DNA of 42,222 bases from IMG/VR virus record IMGVR_UViG_2728369266_000002, positions 1 through 42,222 of that record; one strand, written 5' to 3'. How positions within the stretch are numbered: the stretch's first letter is position 1; every line of letters starts with the position of its first letter. This document shows, piece by piece, positions 39,880 to 42,222 of this stretch. The stretch comes from a virus. A program made the position numbers and the translations under genes. Below the pieces are notes generated by a model. It had not been told where the DNA came from. It was given only the letters and a program-made list of their open reading frames with translations, and did no database searches.

Positions 39880-40890
39880 GTGAACGAAGGCTTGACGTCC
39901 ATCAATGAACAGCTGCGCGTAAGGCGACAGGAGGGCTTGAAGATCACTAAGGGCGACTTGGCGTGGTTGTCCAGCACGGCCCGGGGGACCGTCACGAACC
40001 TAGAGGCGGGCCGCGGAGATCCGGAGCTCCGGACCGTGCGCCGGATCGCCAACGCGCTGGGAATGTCCATTGTCTCCCAGAACCCCGGGTACGACATCGC
40101 CACGGGGCCGATCAGTCTGGTCGAGGCTATCGATGTGCCCGCTCTCCGACGCATGATCGAGATTATCAAGGCAGTGCGTGACGAGTCCTCATCCACTGCC
40201 AGGGTGCTCGCCTCGCTCTACGGCGGCTTGGCGCGAGACCTGCCCACCTTCAGGGGTGACAGCGAAGCCGAGAAGTCCATGCGTCGGTTCCGAGTGCAGG
40301 AACTTCAGGAAGCCTTCGCCGAGCACCTCGAAGACCGCGCGGAAGACTGGCCAGTCCTTGATCTGCTCAATCGCCTCAGCGGCGTTAAGTGGAGGCCCTT
40401 CACCGGGCGCGCTCCCATTACGTCCGCAGGCCCTTCTGTGGCTGACGGCCTTGGGGCCGAGTCAGCCGCATACGCGCCGCCGACAGCCGAGTCCCGAGCG
40501 GCGATGGAGCGTCGCCTGACTGTGCCGCCGACGATGATGCCCGGATATCTCGAAGCCCAGATATCCGGCATCGAGACATCGGTAGCGCACCTGACGGCCT
40601 CCGTGAACGAGCTGCGCGTCATGCTGCACCGCATGGCCAGTGGCTCGGGGTATGAACGGACCGCCATCCGAGCCCTGAACAAACTGCCGTTGCCGTTGCG
40701 ACGGGCGCTGGTCCACGGCGAGGTCTTCGACAGCAAGGTGTCCGCAGACTCAGACGCTGTCTACGCTGCGCTCGCCATTCGAGCACCTGGTGACGTGACG
40801 CGAACGCACTCACACATGGATGATGTCTTGCAGCAGCTCAAGGACGAGCACTCGCCTTCGCCCGAAGAGGCGGACAGGCAGGAGGAGTAA
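39880..40890 (+). CDS. XRE-family HTH repressor-like protein with a ~250-aa uncharacterised C-terminal domain
   Basis: The GTG at 39880 has GGAG 10 nt upstream. The HTH is ITKGDLAWLSSTARGTVTNLEAGRGDPELRTVRRIANALGM. GC is lower, and the integrase gene follows 3 nt downstream. Confidence 0.7.
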   Translation: MNEGLTSINEQLRVRRQEGLKITKGDLAWLSSTARGTVTNLEAGRGDPELRTVRRIANALGMSIVSQNPGYDIATGPISLVEAIDVPALRRMIEIIKAVRDESSSTARVLASLYGGLARDLPTFRGDSEAEKSMRRFRVQELQEAFAEHLEDRAEDWPVLDLLNRLSGVKWRPFTGRAPITSAGPSVADGLGAESAAYAPPTAESRAAMERRLTVPPTMMPGYLEAQISGIETSVAHLTASVNELRVMLHRMASGSGYERTAIRALNKLPLPLRRALVHGEVFDSKVSADSDAVYAALAIRAPGDVTRTHSHMDDVLQQLKDEHSPSPEEADRQEE

Positions 40891-40892
40891 CG

Positions 40893-42197
40893 GTGGCCCA
40901 CATCGAGGACCGCTGGTACCGGGAGGTGCGCGACGCCGACGGGAAGGTCCACAAGGAGAAGAAGGACCGGTACGGCGTCGGCAAGCGGTACCGGGTCCGG
41001 TACTACGACCTCGACGGCAACGAGCACAACGAGTCCTTCGAGAAGCTGACGCCCGCGAAGCGGTTCCTCGCCGAGGTGCAGGCCGACGAGGCGCGGGGCG
41101 TCTTCAACGACCCCAAGGCCGGCGACGTGTCGCTGCGGAAGTACAGCGCCGAATGGCTGGAGAACCAGAGCTTCGGCCGGTCGTCGTATGAGGTGGTCGA
41201 GTCGCGCCTGCGGCTGCACGTGTGGCCGACGCTCGGCACGCATTCGCTCGCCCAGCTGGCGCGCCGCCCGTCGCTGATCCAGAACTGGGTGCGCGGCCTC
41301 CAGGCGGCCGGCCTCGCGCCGACCTACATCGCGGCGATCCTCGGGCATGTCTCCACGGTCCTGAAGGCCGGCGTGGACGACGGCCTGGTCGCGCGGAACC
41401 CGTGCGACTCCAGCTCGGTGAAGGCTCCGAAGGCGGTGCCCCGCAAGGTGGTGCCGTGGACGCCGTCGCGAGTCGAAGCGATCCGCGGCGGGATGTCCGA
41501 GCGGTATCGGGCGACCGTGGACCTGGGGGCCTGCTGCGGCCACCGCCAGGGCGAGGTGTTCGGCCTGGCGGTGGCCGACCTCGACCGCAAGGGGAAGATG
41601 GTCCGCGTCCGCCGCCAGGTCAAGATCGTGGGTAACCGGCTCGTCTTCGCGCCGCCCAAGCATGGGCGCGAGCGAGAGGCGCCGCTTCCGAACCTGGTCG
41701 TCGATCGCCTCGACGCGCACCTGGAGCGCTTCCCGGCGGTGCCGGTCACCCTGCCGTGGGAGGAGCCGGACGGGGTGCTGGTGACGCACAAGCTCGTCTT
41801 CACCACCCAGCGCGGCGGCGCGATCGGCCGGTACTACTACAACCCCTACGTCTGGCGCCCCGCCGTCGAGCCCGTCCTGGTGAAGGCCGGCGTCCTGCCC
41901 GTGCTGATCGAGGGCGAGAAGCGGGGCTCGATGCGGGACTACGGGTTCCACCAGCTCCGCCACAGCTTCGCCAGCGTGCAGCTCGACGGCGGCACGTCGA
42001 TCCGCGCGCTGGCGGAATGGCTGGGCCACGCGGACCCGTCCATCACGCTGCGGATCTACAGCCACCTGATGCCCGACAGCGACGGTCGAGGGCGTGGCGT
42101 CATCGATATGGCGTATAGATACGATCTTGAGAACCAGAGGGCTGACGGCCCCATGACGGCCCCAGAGACCCTTGTCGCAGCAACGGAGCAGGTATAG
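40893..42197 (+). CDS. int: Tyrosine integrase
   Basis: The C-terminal catalytic motifs are HQLRHSFAS, LGHADPSITLRIYSH. The N-terminal arm-binding type domain is RWYREVRDADGK...RYRVRYYD. The last 23 codons lie inside the 95-bp repeat. Confidence 0.95.
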   Translation: MAHIEDRWYREVRDADGKVHKEKKDRYGVGKRYRVRYYDLDGNEHNESFEKLTPAKRFLAEVQADEARGVFNDPKAGDVSLRKYSAEWLENQSFGRSSYEVVESRLRLHVWPTLGTHSLAQLARRPSLIQNWVRGLQAAGLAPTYIAAILGHVSTVLKAGVDDGLVARNPCDSSSVKAPKAVPRKVVPWTPSRVEAIRGGMSERYRATVDLGACCGHRQGEVFGLAVADLDRKGKMVRVRRQVKIVGNRLVFAPPKHGREREAPLPNLVVDRLDAHLERFPAVPVTLPWEEPDGVLVTHKLVFTTQRGGAIGRYYYNPYVWRPAVEPVLVKAGVLPVLIEGEKRGSMRDYGFHQLRHSFASVQLDGGTSIRALAEWLGHADPSITLRIYSHLMPDSDGRGRGVIDMAYRYDLENQRADGPMTAPETLVAATEQV

Positions 42198-42222
42198 CGT
42201 GGAAACACTCCAAACGATCCTG
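42128..42222. repeat. Right copy of the 95-bp perfect direct repeat
   Basis: Identical to 1..95. The window ends with the repeat, so its full extent is unknown. Confidence 0.95.

Larger units (their letters stand above)
1..42222. mobile_element. Complete temperate siphovirus-like actinobacterial phage/prophage (unit 42,127 bp) carrying an AICE-like FtsK/TraB module
   Basis: Integrase, immunity, replication, HNH/terminase, portal, capsid, tail and lysis genes all lie between identical 95-bp end repeats. Real frames are GC3-rich, while shadow frames are Arg/Pro/Gly-rich. Confidence 0.85.

Noticed and set aside
39543-40196. 217-aa ORF antisense to the switch region and the repressor N-terminus, plus 39392..39658 (+) and 39418..39771 (-).
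   Set aside because: The composition is poor (Ser/Arg/Cys-rich) and there is no RBS. They run antisense to a clear XRE HTH coding frame. The low-GC region simply has fewer stop-free constraints.

Overview
The window is a high-GC actinobacterial sequence that is essentially one complete temperate siphovirus-like phage or prophage. Bases 1..95 are identical to 42128..42222, so the unit closes at 42,127 bp. This means either a circular or terminally redundant assembly, or attL/attR cores. Layout from left to right: (1) A lower-GC att-like region with short repeats lies downstream of the integrase stop (96..310). (2) A + strand accessory module (311..5155) encodes a small membrane protein, a two-domain protein, a polytopic DUF2637-like membrane protein and a TraB-type FtsK/SpoIIIE translocase. 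It is followed by a 400-bp noncoding locus packed with direct repeats and hairpins (5156..5554). (3) A translationally coupled XRE-regulator/NUDIX pair sits on the - strand (5555..6786). (4) Three small + strand genes are each bracketed by strong hairpins (6858..7994). (5) One long - strand late operon runs from 29913 down to 8060. It encodes micro-genes, HNH, TerS, TerL, portal, MuF-like protein, scaffold, SU10-like major capsid, connector and adaptor proteins, major tail protein, G/G-T chaperones with a -1 frameshift, tape measure, Dit, a 1319-aa Tal-type tail protein and a lysis cassette. (6) A + strand PH-SHOCT moron lies at 30036..30581. (7) A - strand early operon runs from 39437 down to 30731. 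It encodes an Xis/Cro-like HTH protein, small proteins, an SF2 helicase, a primase-DUF3987 fusion, an iteron-like noncoding block and DNA-binding proteins. (8) A low-GC switch region is followed by an XRE repressor-like gene and a tyrosine integrase on the + strand (39880..42197). The most unusual feature is the co-residence of an actinomycete conjugation-type module (FtsK/TraB, membrane protein, candidate clt repeats, Pif-like NUDIX) with a complete virion and lysis gene set under a single integrase. Function calls come from motif recognition by eye. All hairpin and repeat coordinates were derived by hand. No database search was possible.
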